From positions 11,793 to 75,792 of the forward strand of contig CAYFUR010000001.1 in assembly GCA_964346275.1 (NCBI GenBank): a stretch of DNA of 64,000 nt, written 5' to 3'. Both the position numbers and the translations under genes were made by a program. The first letter of the stretch is position 1; the number at the start of each line of letters is the position of its first letter. Under the pieces are notes generated by a model. The model was given only the letters and a program-made list of their open reading frames with translations, was not told the DNA's origin and ran no database searches. The DNA is from an uncultured Candidatus Sumerlaeota bacterium (GTDB taxonomy: Bacteria > Sumerlaeota > Sumerlaeia > SLMS01). Shown in pieces: positions 56,901 through 64,000 of the stretch.

Positions 56901-59502
56901 GGCGGCGGATGCCTGGATCGCCGAGGGGAGCTTCGACAAAGCAGAGGCCGCGGCGGAGAAGTCCCAGGCCTTGGCGCCCGGGTCCATTCCCGTATGTCAA
57001 ACTCTGATCAATGTCTATCTCACCTTGCAAAAGTGGGAAGATGCGGTTTCACCAGCGCTTTTCCTGGGCGAGCATTACGTCGAGAAGGGTGAACGGGATC
57101 GAGCGATCGACACGGTGAAGTGGGTCGTCGAACGAATCTCGGGAGCGGAAGCCCTCGTTGGCGCTGGAAGGATTTTGCGCCAGGCGGAGGAATCTTCTGC
57201 GGCGACAGCCGCTTACGTGGAGGCGGAAAAGCGCGCAAAGAACGAAGAGCGGGAGGACTTGCTGGAAGAGAGCCTTCTCGCCCTGGCGGAGTTGAATCCG
57301 AACGATCCCAATGCTCTTTCAAAGGCGGGCCAGTCTCTTCACAAACAGGGTCATGACGAGCGGGCCAGCGCTCTTTATTTAGCCCGGTTCGAGCACTTCC
57401 TCGAAGCAGCGGAAATTCAAACCGCACGGCAAGTGTTTGATGAAGGCCTTGAGCTTGTGGAGGACAAACTCCCCCTGCGGCGCGAGGGGGCGCGGCTTTA
57501 CAAGGAACATGAAATCCCCGAGTTGGCCGCCAAAGAGCTTCGGGCCATTGCCACCGAGCTTGTGCGTCGTGGCGAAAAAGCGGAAGCGCTCGGAGTCGTG
57601 ACTGAAGCGCAATCCCTGCGGCCCAATGATCTCGGGCTCACAGAGCTTTACTTCGAACTCAGCGCGGATCTGGGACACGACGAAACGGCACTTCAGATTG
57701 CGGATCAATTGACGGCTGTCTATCTCGGCCAGGATGAACGGGGCAAAGCCCTTGATCTCTTGAGAAAGCTCATCGAACTGCGCCCTGACGATCCCCAGCC
57801 GCGTGCTCGATTGGTGCGGATTCTCCAGTCGGAAGGAGGGGAAACTCTTCTGGCGCGGGAATACCGCGACCTGGCGGAGCTTTATATACAGTTGGAACAT
57901 GATGAAGAGGCCGCCCAAGCCCTCCGCGATCTGCTTGATGTCACACCGGGAGACACCGCGGCACGCAAGCTGTATATCGAAACTTATCGAAAGTTTGGCC
58001 CGGAAGAGGATCTGGTCGGGGATTATCTGACGCTGGCGGAAAGCCAGGCGCGTTTAAATCGAATGGATGACGCCCGGTCGAATTTCGATCGGGCCGTTGA
58101 GATCTCCTCGGAAAAGAGCGAGCCCCTTTCCCGCTTTCTGGAGTTTCTCGTCAGCCAGGGGGAAGCCGATGAAGCCGTTCAAGTCGCCTTGCGGCTGATC
58201 GATGCCTTACTCGCGGAAGGCCATCCTCAGAGGGCGCGGGAAGTGGTTTCTCGATTGGATTCTTTCGGAAAAGCCTCCGCGGATTTCCAGCTCGCGGCAG
58301 CCCGCGTGTATCGGGAAGTCAAATCGCTCGGCAATGCCTCCCGGGCTCTTCAGAGGGCCGCCTCGCTTTTCTCAGAATATGCCGACCACGCGCGGGAGGC
58401 GAAAGCCTATGGCCAGTTGGCAGAAATCGATCCGCAGAACCTTGAGAACCGGAGGATGCTTGTCGAGGCACTCCAGCGTGCGCGGATGGAAGAAGAAGCA
58501 CTCGAAGAGAGTAAGAAGCTCGCTCGTGTCTATGCAGAGCGGGGCATGTTTGACCTTGCAGAAACCCAATACCGCGAAATTCTGCAGCGAGCACCCGGGG
58601 AAGAGGAAATCTGGAAAGCTCTCTTTTCGATGCAAACGGAACAGGACCGCATGGCGGAAATGATCCCCGATTATCTGGACTACGCCGACATGCTGGCCCA
58701 GAAGGGGGAGGCGGGAAAGGCGATCGAGTATTATTTAAATGTTCTCGAACTGGATCCACGAAATCTCCGCGCTCACCGTGGCTACGTCACCCAGTATCCG
58801 AAAATCGGCAAGCAACGCGATATAATCGACGTGATTCTCACCTTTGCCCAACTCCTCCTCGAGGAGGGAGAGGTCGACGAGGGAATCAGGTATTTTGAAC
58901 TGATTATGGCGATCGATCCGCAGAACACGGTCGCTCGAGACATGCTGTCGTCCACTCAATCCCGTGGCAAACCGGCAGGAAAACCAGACGAGAAAGAGGA
59001 GGGCGAGGACGACAAGCTCGCTCTGGACGAGCTGGATATTTCTGGTACGCAGCAGAAAATGATTTCTTCGTCGGGGATCTCGCCGTCGGATTTTCTCATG
59101 GGCGCCATCGATGAAATGGAGCGGAACGAAAGCGAGCAAACGCTCAAACAGATCGAGCAGAATTATCGAGATATCCTTGCCGTGAACCCCAATAATGCAG
59201 GGGTCCGTCTCAAGCTGGCCGATGTTCTCAGCCAGATGAAACGCTCCCCGGAAATGATGGACCAACTCGACCAGGCAGCGGAGATGTTTTTTAATAAGGG
59301 CGAGCTTCGCCAGTGCATTTCGACCTGCGAAAGAATCCTCAAGCACAACCCCAGTGCCGGCAAAGCCCGCAAACGGATGAACGAAGCCATTCTGAAACAG
59401 GACGCATTTAAGGCTCTGGAGTCCGCAATTCTCTTCAGTGATCAGCCGGAAACAGATCCGCCCAAGTCATCGGGAGGAGGCTCCCAGAAGACGACGGACT
59501 AG
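50992..59502 (+). CDS. Giant (2836 aa) TPR-repeat protein with N-terminal CHC2-type zinc finger
   Basis: CPLH-x18-C-x4-C at aa 43-70, followed by SLVELF...SDLEAALAI helices. The rest is helical repeats with frequent A..Y...L.LDP.. TPR signatures. No signal peptide or TM segment. Confidence 0.85.
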   Translation: MGNAFQDLTSWVNDSLKAQSLLQYLIGSDDDISTFGEGLRTYCPLHSRSGFKSLQVDPAENRAECILRQCPAHDSVSLVELFAQARSVSDLEAALAITRMQDLDPPPHLLDGVAEEMTSKAHDSWAKEDLPESRQLIRVALMASPEWPGALVLRGKLEEEDQDTQSAAASYHSAAQSCIEKNLLPQARNIVEKDLLRLCPDDPAGLELLGVVQRREDPEGGQSSATYRKLAQIYTENAESGKALEALEKAAASQNDSPEIQQELADALTEAGRKDEAEQHYRAAAHLWQEADRPRKALRCLSPLIRAHPADLELRVTSARLRETVSDKEGAVRDLEALARDAIAREDDETAQDYLNRLLNLAPNHLYGREASAELCGRQARVQAQVDHLFAAIEALLELELFDRILEILEKISALAPKTLEQSERLGHHLENLGRNPEAANQYLAVAEGEIAGGQEEKALEFAKRAVELDPLDQDLVRRCAALLSGAGLQEQSFFLMERHTRALFEFGETDGAERMLRGITSQFGERGELSDIRIAILLEQRDEEGAVPLLKKKLEESNVPDETLREQLFQAVDFFPENRKLADAFLAAAPDLPQGEALCDRLLAVGRLDAHPVSFCLDAIGRAMHIRSEDPEIVYTKGSLLNESSNPAEAIPAFKQAAFLFWRNGDPKRAGEAVEEAQKAGAKDKELREIRGLIALKAGRTEEGRQLLVQSIEDMMEQNRHGEVAETIERSRREVHFDSEYLQRVGEWLLKHEEKQSALNVYMAIAQSACDEGDWEEAVEKLDHCLSLDSDSIEARRLRGDAYLFLGEEESAARDLSHAASVSLGAGRKEEAVSCFEILEAHGRIDPEQRLELASAYRDLSRIDDAKRVLKDALEEAAPESAGASIEPIIRPLLELARDDPGLVHFAAKRAEALGESALAVEAWSIKADRELQVGNHAACIEALREACRLAPEEIECRKKLIRELAAQSNWIELREALQGDLDSRPVEEAAGIYDALDEESKKRPEILEILGELENLRGNSSRAIEIWESALRFSQDEEEEERPADLSLLRRLAAAAGNDITHQKRYLDALEKEEDREAWIEQALLVLKLYFDKGQNEEGERLAEKIQSALGRGWSQMKRLAMALSGSGRPKHAAGLASKALDQEGISTEDTIEACEFQIAQGAASEVVYRRLSQAQENAGNLEAAAEAMLRAIEYLYRQGDSAEAVALSREGFEKYPSSREMEKVLFDGLLLEGDLEAASFRADSLCEAHCEEEKWEDAESIACLMAEASPANLKDRRRLADIQRKAGKTNDAVSGLLEFADLTSDKEEEDSREALELACEYAPESGPAHESLAQLLERAGERGRALQHYRKAFDCLGDEHEEEKTESLLKSILNLDPEDTESRERLARHYLDKKKKIRALEQFQILARAFEEKEEPAARRTDLYEEILRIDHEDLENRKKLAILLSESNDAPRAIPHWVEVVELRLEKEEDPSQALAETVEALSHFPESPELRTLKADQHFNYHEYEEYIQEITGLIHDQLGKAGSEEAFELLRHSCSQLIREKRFEETWSLLGEFPQLLKDFPDLERFTALALEGCGKEAEAAVSWLVLADFHLEKNRPEEEITALRRSVALKPRDASLRRRLIEALERQEESPGEALLGEYRELAELLESSEPSEAISLYQEILERDDQNADVLGRTGRLLDQEGRIDEAADYYLRLGRVCEESGHLETAERTYRQVFEKAPDDLEVSRSLLEIYEKSQKREDYLALAPRVARLLDEQGDKREALEIWKQIAWREDQNREARQHIANLYQELGKISEACAALREYVRIASDEGANDEAFKALDQLEDLCAENAEGLVETARHHEERDSLVRAAACRIKAARLYSQEGEKASALREAALAQELDSWSADLLQEAAGIYGLLDEHESAAQAWFAAAERYKEAGETQDEANALAEGLEFALLPDKLHRRAELLELDEQHSEAASLYAQAADAWIAEGSFDKAEAAAEKSQALAPGSIPVCQTLINVYLTLQKWEDAVSPALFLGEHYVEKGERDRAIDTVKWVVERISGAEALVGAGRILRQAEESSAATAAYVEAEKRAKNEEREDLLEESLLALAELNPNDPNALSKAGQSLHKQGHDERASALYLARFEHFLEAAEIQTARQVFDEGLELVEDKLPLRREGARLYKEHEIPELAAKELRAIATELVRRGEKAEALGVVTEAQSLRPNDLGLTELYFELSADLGHDETALQIADQLTAVYLGQDERGKALDLLRKLIELRPDDPQPRARLVRILQSEGGETLLAREYRDLAELYIQLEHDEEAAQALRDLLDVTPGDTAARKLYIETYRKFGPEEDLVGDYLTLAESQARLNRMDDARSNFDRAVEISSEKSEPLSRFLEFLVSQGEADEAVQVALRLIDALLAEGHPQRAREVVSRLDSFGKASADFQLAAARVYREVKSLGNASRALQRAASLFSEYADHAREAKAYGQLAEIDPQNLENRRMLVEALQRARMEEEALEESKKLARVYAERGMFDLAETQYREILQRAPGEEEIWKALFSMQTEQDRMAEMIPDYLDYADMLAQKGEAGKAIEYYLNVLELDPRNLRAHRGYVTQYPKIGKQRDIIDVILTFAQLLLEEGEVDEGIRYFELIMAIDPQNTVARDMLSSTQSRGKPAGKPDEKEEGEDDKLALDELDISGTQQKMISSSGISPSDFLMGAIDEMERNESEQTLKQIEQNYRDILAVNPNNAGVRLKLADVLSQMKRSPEMMDQLDQAAEMFFNKGELRQCISTCERILKHNPSAGKARKRMNEAILKQDAFKALESAILFSDQPETDPPKSSGGGSQKTTD

Positions 59503-61340
59503 CTCGCAAGTTGCTCTTTATATTGAAGGTCGTATAGACGCCGATACAGGCCGCCCGCCGCCAGCAATTCCTGGTGTGTTCCTTCTTCGACCAGGTGGCC
59601 GTGGTGAAGAACGAGGATTTTCGAAGCGCGCTGGATCGTGGATAGCCGGTGAGCAATCACGATTGACGTGCGTCCAGAACAAAGCGTCTCCACGGCGCGC
59701 TGGAGCTGATGTTCCGTTTCTGTGTCGACATTCGAGGTCGCTTCGTCCAGGATGAGAATTTCCGGATCGTAGGCGAGCGCCCGCGCGAAGCTGAGAAGCT
59801 GTTTCTGCCCGGTGCTGAGGGTCGCTCCTCGTTCCTTCACCCCAGTGTCGTAGCCCTTCGCTGTGTTTTCGATGAAACGGTGGAACCCGGTTTCCAGGCC
59901 AACCTGCTCGATTTTGTCGCGGCTGATCCCTTCCTTCCCGAGGCCGATGTTCTCCGCCACGGTTCCGTGGAAAAGGAAAACATCCTGGAGCACGAGAGCG
60001 ATCTTCTCGCGCAAGTCCGCTTGCCGGATTTCGCGGATATCCACTCCATCGATCAGGATCTGCCCCTCCTGGATATCATAGAATCGACAGAGGAGGGATA
60101 TAATTGTTGTTTTCCCGCTGCCGGTTGGGCCCACGATGGCCACGGTCTGGCCTTTCTCGACTTTGAAACTCACGCCACGAAGCACCCATTCATCTTCATT
60201 GTAGCAGAACCAGACGTCGCGGAATTCTATGGAATGGGAAAAGGGGCCGATTTCCCGGGGTTCTTCCGGATCATTGATCTGCGGCTTGGTATCCAGCAGG
60301 GCGAAGAGGCGCTCCGCGGCGGCAATTGCCGCCTGGACAATATTGTATTTCTCGGAAAGGTCCTTGATCGGCTGGAAGAACCGCTCAAGTGCCTGGATAA
60401 ACAGGGCCAGCTCGCCGACGGTTATGGCCTGGCTGGCACCCGGAGTGATATATTGAATGCCGCCGCGCCAGAGGATCAGAGCGAGCCCGAGCGTCGAAAT
60501 GATCTCGATCAGTGGAAAGAACAGCGCGTACTGAAAAACAATATGCAGGTGGGCGGCGCGGTTGGCTCCATTCAACTCATCAAATAACTCGTATTGCGAA
60601 TCCTCGCGCGTATTCGCCTGGGCGGTTCTCATTCCTGTAATGTTTTCCTGCATGAAGGAATTCATGCGGGAGAGCCGCACACGGGAGAGGCGGTAGCCGT
60701 AGAAGACGCTGTTGCGGAAATTCCAGGAGGCGAGCGCGATGAGCGGAAAAACGGGGAGGAGCCAAAGCGTGAGCTGCCAGTTGAAATAGAGCAAGACCCC
60801 GATGATGACGACCAGCGAGAAGATCTGCTGGAAAATGCCCACCACGCCCTGGGCGAAAAGCTCGTTCAACACATTGACATCGCTGGTGATGCGCGTGATC
60901 AGCCGGCCGACGGGGTTTTTGTCAAAAAAGCGCAGCGGCTGGGACTGAAGATGCCGGAAAATCTCCTGCCGCAGGTCTCTCATGGAATACTGGCCGATCT
61001 TTGTGATCAGCAGCACGGAGGTCCTTTCGAGTAAAAACAAGAGCCCCTGTGCGATAAACAGGAACAGGGTCATCGCGATCACACCCTCGAAGACGCCAGG
61101 GGTGATAAATGTGTCGATGGTATATTTGATGAGAATCATCGGCATCGGTGTCAGGAAGGCGATGCCGATAGACAGAAGGACCGCCAGGGCGACCTTCTTC
61201 TTTCGTGGAGCGAGATACTTCGCAAGCCTCTTAACCTGGCGTATGTCCCCCTTGCGCTCGAGGGATTCGCGCTCTTCGGCCCGGTGGCGTTCCTCTCGTG
61301 CCTTGCGGGTCACTTCGGCGGGGGAGAGCTGCTGGCTCAT
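59499..61340 (-). CDS. ABC exporter, fused TMD-NBD (MdlB/YheH-like half)
   Basis: TM domain, GPTGSGKT, LSTGQKQ, ILDEATS, IAHRLST. Confidence 0.93.
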   Translation of the reverse strand: MSQQLSPAEVTRKAREERHRAEERESLERKGDIRQVKRLAKYLAPRKKKVALAVLLSIGIAFLTPMPMILIKYTIDTFITPGVFEGVIAMTLFLFIAQGLLFLLERTSVLLITKIGQYSMRDLRQEIFRHLQSQPLRFFDKNPVGRLITRITSDVNVLNELFAQGVVGIFQQIFSLVVIIGVLLYFNWQLTLWLLPVFPLIALASWNFRNSVFYGYRLSRVRLSRMNSFMQENITGMRTAQANTREDSQYELFDELNGANRAAHLHIVFQYALFFPLIEIISTLGLALILWRGGIQYITPGASQAITVGELALFIQALERFFQPIKDLSEKYNIVQAAIAAAERLFALLDTKPQINDPEEPREIGPFSHSIEFRDVWFCYNEDEWVLRGVSFKVEKGQTVAIVGPTGSGKTTIISLLCRFYDIQEGQILIDGVDIREIRQADLREKIALVLQDVFLFHGTVAENIGLGKEGISRDKIEQVGLETGFHRFIENTAKGYDTGVKERGATLSTGQKQLLSFARALAYDPEILILDEATSNVDTETEHQLQRAVETLCSGRTSIVIAHRLSTIQRASKILVLHHGHLVEEGTHQELLAAGGLYRRLYDLQYKEQLAS

Positions 61341-63133
61341 TGATGCAGCCCCCTTTCCGCTTCCGAGTCCTCTTCTTCTTCTTCGAATTTCTCGTCCAGG
61401 ACAGATTCAGAGAGCTGTTTTCGATAAAGGTCGGCATAGAGGCCGGTCTGGGCGACCAATTCCTCATGCGTGCCGCGCTCCGTCACGCGTCCCTCTTCCA
61501 GAACGAGAATCTCGTCACACATGGACACGGTGGAGATTCGGTGTGATATGAGGAATGTCGTCCTGCCCGCCATGACCTGCTTCAAGTCCTTGAGAATCGC
61601 TTCTTCTGTATGTGTATCCACCGCCGAAAGCGCGTCGTCGAGAACGAGGACCTCCGCCTTGCGGAGCAACGCCCGGGCAATTGCGATGCGCTGCTTCTGC
61701 CCGCCGGAGATATTCACGCCCCGCTCGCCCAGAACGGTTTCGTAATTCTTCGGAAACTCGATGATATCGTCATGCACGTGGCTCATCCTGGCGACGCGTT
61801 CGACTTCCGATTGGGGCGTGTTATCGCCGGCGCCAAAGCGGATATTCCATCCAATCGTGTCGGAGAAGAGAAAGCTCTCCTGGAAAACAAAGGCAATGCG
61901 CCGCCTCAATTCCCTGAGCGGCCAATCATTGATATCCCGCCCGCTGATTTCGATCATGCCACGTTCCACGGGATAGAATCGAGCAAGCAGATGAACCAGG
62001 GTGCTTTTGCCAGAGCCAACGGGGCCAACGAGGCCGACCATCCTCCCCGCGGGAGCGTTCAGGTCGATATCGTGGAGTTGTGGTTCATTGGTTCCATCAT
62101 GCCGAAATGTCAGTCCATGAAACCGGATATCGATCGGTGAGGGAAAATCCTGATCTCTGGAGCCCTTGTCTTTCACAAGTGGCTCGGCCTCGAAGATGAG
62201 ATTGATACGCTCGAGCGAGGCGAGGCCGCGCTGGATCAGGTTGACGACCCATCCGGCGGCGATCAGAGGCCACACCACCATCCCCAAAAGCATCAGGAAA
62301 CTGACCAGCGTGCCGACATTCATCTCCCCCTGGATAATCCGATAGCCGCCGTACATGAGAAGGATCAGGTATCCCAGGCCAACGATGAGGCGGATCGACG
62401 GAAAGAAAGAGGAGTGGAGTTCCGCCAGGCGCAATGAGGCGTCTATATAACGGTCGTTTTCCTTCAGGAATTTCTCTTCTTCATACTTCTCCTGCTGATA
62501 GGCTTTCACCACGCGGATGCCGGAGAAATTCTCCTGCACCATGGTCGAAAGGTCGCCAAAGGCATCCTGCTGTTCGCGGGAAACGCGAAAGGTGCGGCTG
62601 CTGAAGTATTTTACCAGCGGAGGAAGGGCCACCATGGGCATGAGCGCCAGGAGAGTCAGCTTCCAATCGAGCACAAGCATCCAGAACATGGTCAGGGGGA
62701 AGCTGAAAATCGTGTTGGCGGAATACATGACCGCCGGACCCATCAGCATGCGGAGCAGATCCATGTCGTTTGTGGCCCTGCTCATCAGGTCGCCGGTGTT
62801 GCGCGCATCAAAGAAGGAGGGGTCCAGGGACTGGAGCTTGCGGAAGAAATCGTTGCGGATTTCGTATTCCACGTGGCGCGACGTATCGATGATGGTGCGC
62901 CGCATCAGAAAACGAAAGGCTGCCGCCAGACCCGCCACGGAAAGAGCCAGCCCGGCAAAGAGCAACAGGCCCTGCTCATCGACTCGGCGATTCTCCGCGA
63001 GGCTCACCCCCTGGCCGATTATGGTCGGGACAAGGGGCGTGAGAGCATTGGCGGCAAAGACGAATAATACGCCAATGAGCAAGCTCCAGCGGTGCCGTTT
63101 CGCGTATGGCCAAAGTCTTTTCAGCGCTTTCAA
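61337..63133 (-). CDS. ABC exporter, fused TMD-NBD (MdlA/YheI-like half, degenerate site)
   Basis: TGDLMSRATND, GPVGSGKST, ISGGQKQR, VLDDALS (Asp instead of catalytic Glu). Probable TTG start at 63133 behind GGAG. Heterodimer partner of the next gene. Confidence 0.9.
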   Translation of the reverse strand: MKALKRLWPYAKRHRWSLLIGVLFVFAANALTPLVPTIIGQGVSLAENRRVDEQGLLLFAGLALSVAGLAAAFRFLMRRTIIDTSRHVEYEIRNDFFRKLQSLDPSFFDARNTGDLMSRATNDMDLLRMLMGPAVMYSANTIFSFPLTMFWMLVLDWKLTLLALMPMVALPPLVKYFSSRTFRVSREQQDAFGDLSTMVQENFSGIRVVKAYQQEKYEEEKFLKENDRYIDASLRLAELHSSFFPSIRLIVGLGYLILLMYGGYRIIQGEMNVGTLVSFLMLLGMVVWPLIAAGWVVNLIQRGLASLERINLIFEAEPLVKDKGSRDQDFPSPIDIRFHGLTFRHDGTNEPQLHDIDLNAPAGRMVGLVGPVGSGKSTLVHLLARFYPVERGMIEISGRDINDWPLRELRRRIAFVFQESFLFSDTIGWNIRFGAGDNTPQSEVERVARMSHVHDDIIEFPKNYETVLGERGVNISGGQKQRIAIARALLRKAEVLVLDDALSAVDTHTEEAILKDLKQVMAGRTTFLISHRISTVSMCDEILVLEEGRVTERGTHEELVAQTGLYADLYRKQLSESVLDEKFEEEEEDSEAERGLHQ

Positions 63134-63215
63134 AACGCCCTGCTCTCCACTTCGCTTCCGGCCAGTTGAAACGACCGGAGAAGAGTTTTCCTTCGCTTGA
63201 ATATCAGGCAGATTG

Positions 63216-64000
63216 TCACGGGCCGCGCCGACGGCGCGAAAACCTAAGCAGGCAAAAGACAGCAAAAGCAACACCAGACAGGTAGGACCGCACCGTGGCG
63301 ATTCGATAGCCTTTTGCGAATGGGCCGAAAAACCAGCGCGCTTCAAAGGGGAGAAATTCGGTCAGACATTCGCCGAGGGTGTAATTCTTCACCACAAACC
63401 GCATCCGGCTTCGATAGCTTGTGCGGACGAATTTCGGCGAAAGCTTTTCCAGCCCCGGCGATTCGTAGTGATAGGCGATGGCGTCCGCCACGTAGCGGAT
63501 GCGGCGCCCCTCTTTCAGGAGGCGCCGGCAGAGGTCGGTTTCCTCATAATAAGCGGGCCAGTATTCCTCGTCAAAGCCGCCCAGGCGCTCTAAATCGCGC
63601 CGCTGGAACGCGATCAGCGCCCCCGTGACGTAGCGCACGTCTTTGCTTTCGTGGAACTCTTCCGAGTCGTTCTGCCCCATGCCGTAATGCTCGCACATCC
63701 CGTTAGGATGGAGAATCCCTCCGGCATGCTGGATCTTTCGGGAATTGGGATAGTAAAGGAGCGCCCCGCAAACCGCGATTTCCGGATCGTCTTCCATCGG
63801 GCGGACGAGATGGGCCAGCGTATCGGGCAGGACGCGGCAATCCGGATTGATGAAAACGACAAACGGGGCCGAGCCGGCGCGCCAGCCCAGGTTGTTCCCT
63901 CCCGAATAACCGAGATTCTTGTCCGAGCGGATCGCCTTGCTCGTCGCGGGGTGCTTTTCGGCAATTTCGTGGCTGTTGTCGTGCGAGGCGTTGTCCACGC
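63216..64000 (-). CDS. GT2 family glycosyltransferase (5' end truncated by window edge)
   Basis: VDNASHD, NLGYSGGNN, FINPD, GGFDE.Y..YYEETDLC. Confidence 0.9.
   Translation of the reverse strand, partial: VDNASHDNSHEIAEKHPATSKAIRSDKNLGYSGGNNLGWRAGSAPFVVFINPDCRVLPDTLAHLVRPMEDDPEIAVCGALLYYPNSRKIQHAGGILHPNGMCEHYGMGQNDSEEFHESKDVRYVTGALIAFQRRDLERLGGFDEEYWPAYYEETDLCRRLLKEGRRIRYVADAIAYHYESPGLEKLSPKFVRTSYRSRMRFVVKNYTLGECLTEFLPFEARWFFGPFAKGYRIATVRSYLSGVAFAVFCLLRFSRRRRGP

Noticed and set aside
50992-59502. Giant TPR protein as a primase, NLR-like defence protein or secreted toxin/adhesin
   Set aside because: I saw no TOPRIM acidic motifs, P-loop/NACHT, nuclease or CHAT domain, secretion signal or RTX/Rhs repeats.
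59499-63133. ABC exporter pair as a dedicated type I secretion system for the giant protein
   Set aside because: It is convergent, looks like an ordinary MdlAB/YheIH-type heterodimer, and has no adjacent membrane-fusion or TolC gene.

Overview
Gene-dense, GC-rich (about 60% by eye) bacterial chromosomal segment. I saw no rRNA, tRNA, CRISPR array, integrase or transposase. The host is probably diderm (AsmA-like protein present). The giant TPR protein, kinase-WD40 protein and many secreted orphans suggest a PVC-adjacent or Sumerlaeota-like lineage, which is inference only. The left half is mostly central metabolism (tpiA, gap, glgP, class V aminotransferase, ilvD, acnA, pgi, metK) mixed with GT-C-type membrane glycosyltransferases, lepB and a MalK-type ATPase. 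The middle holds an RHH/histone H1-like protein, a GT4 enzyme, an S1C protease, mreC-(mreD?)-rodA and a Ser/Thr kinase-WD40 protein. The most unusual part is a co-directional + strand run at 40.0-59.5 kb. It encodes a secreted metallophosphoesterase, a degenerate fused AhbA/AhbB-like protein and a ~1820 aa AsmA-like protein. It continues with a bitopic SPOR-SPOR-TPR-TM-linker-jelly-roll protein and a 2836 aa cytoplasmic TPR solenoid that starts with a DnaG-primase-type CHC2 zinc finger. I propose this run as a candidate trans-envelope scaffold linking peptidoglycan to nucleic acid. Other items of note are a ~210 nt structured element upstream of acnA and a perfect DnaA box next to the promoter of the RHH/H1-like gene. 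All family calls come from visual motif recognition, not database searches.
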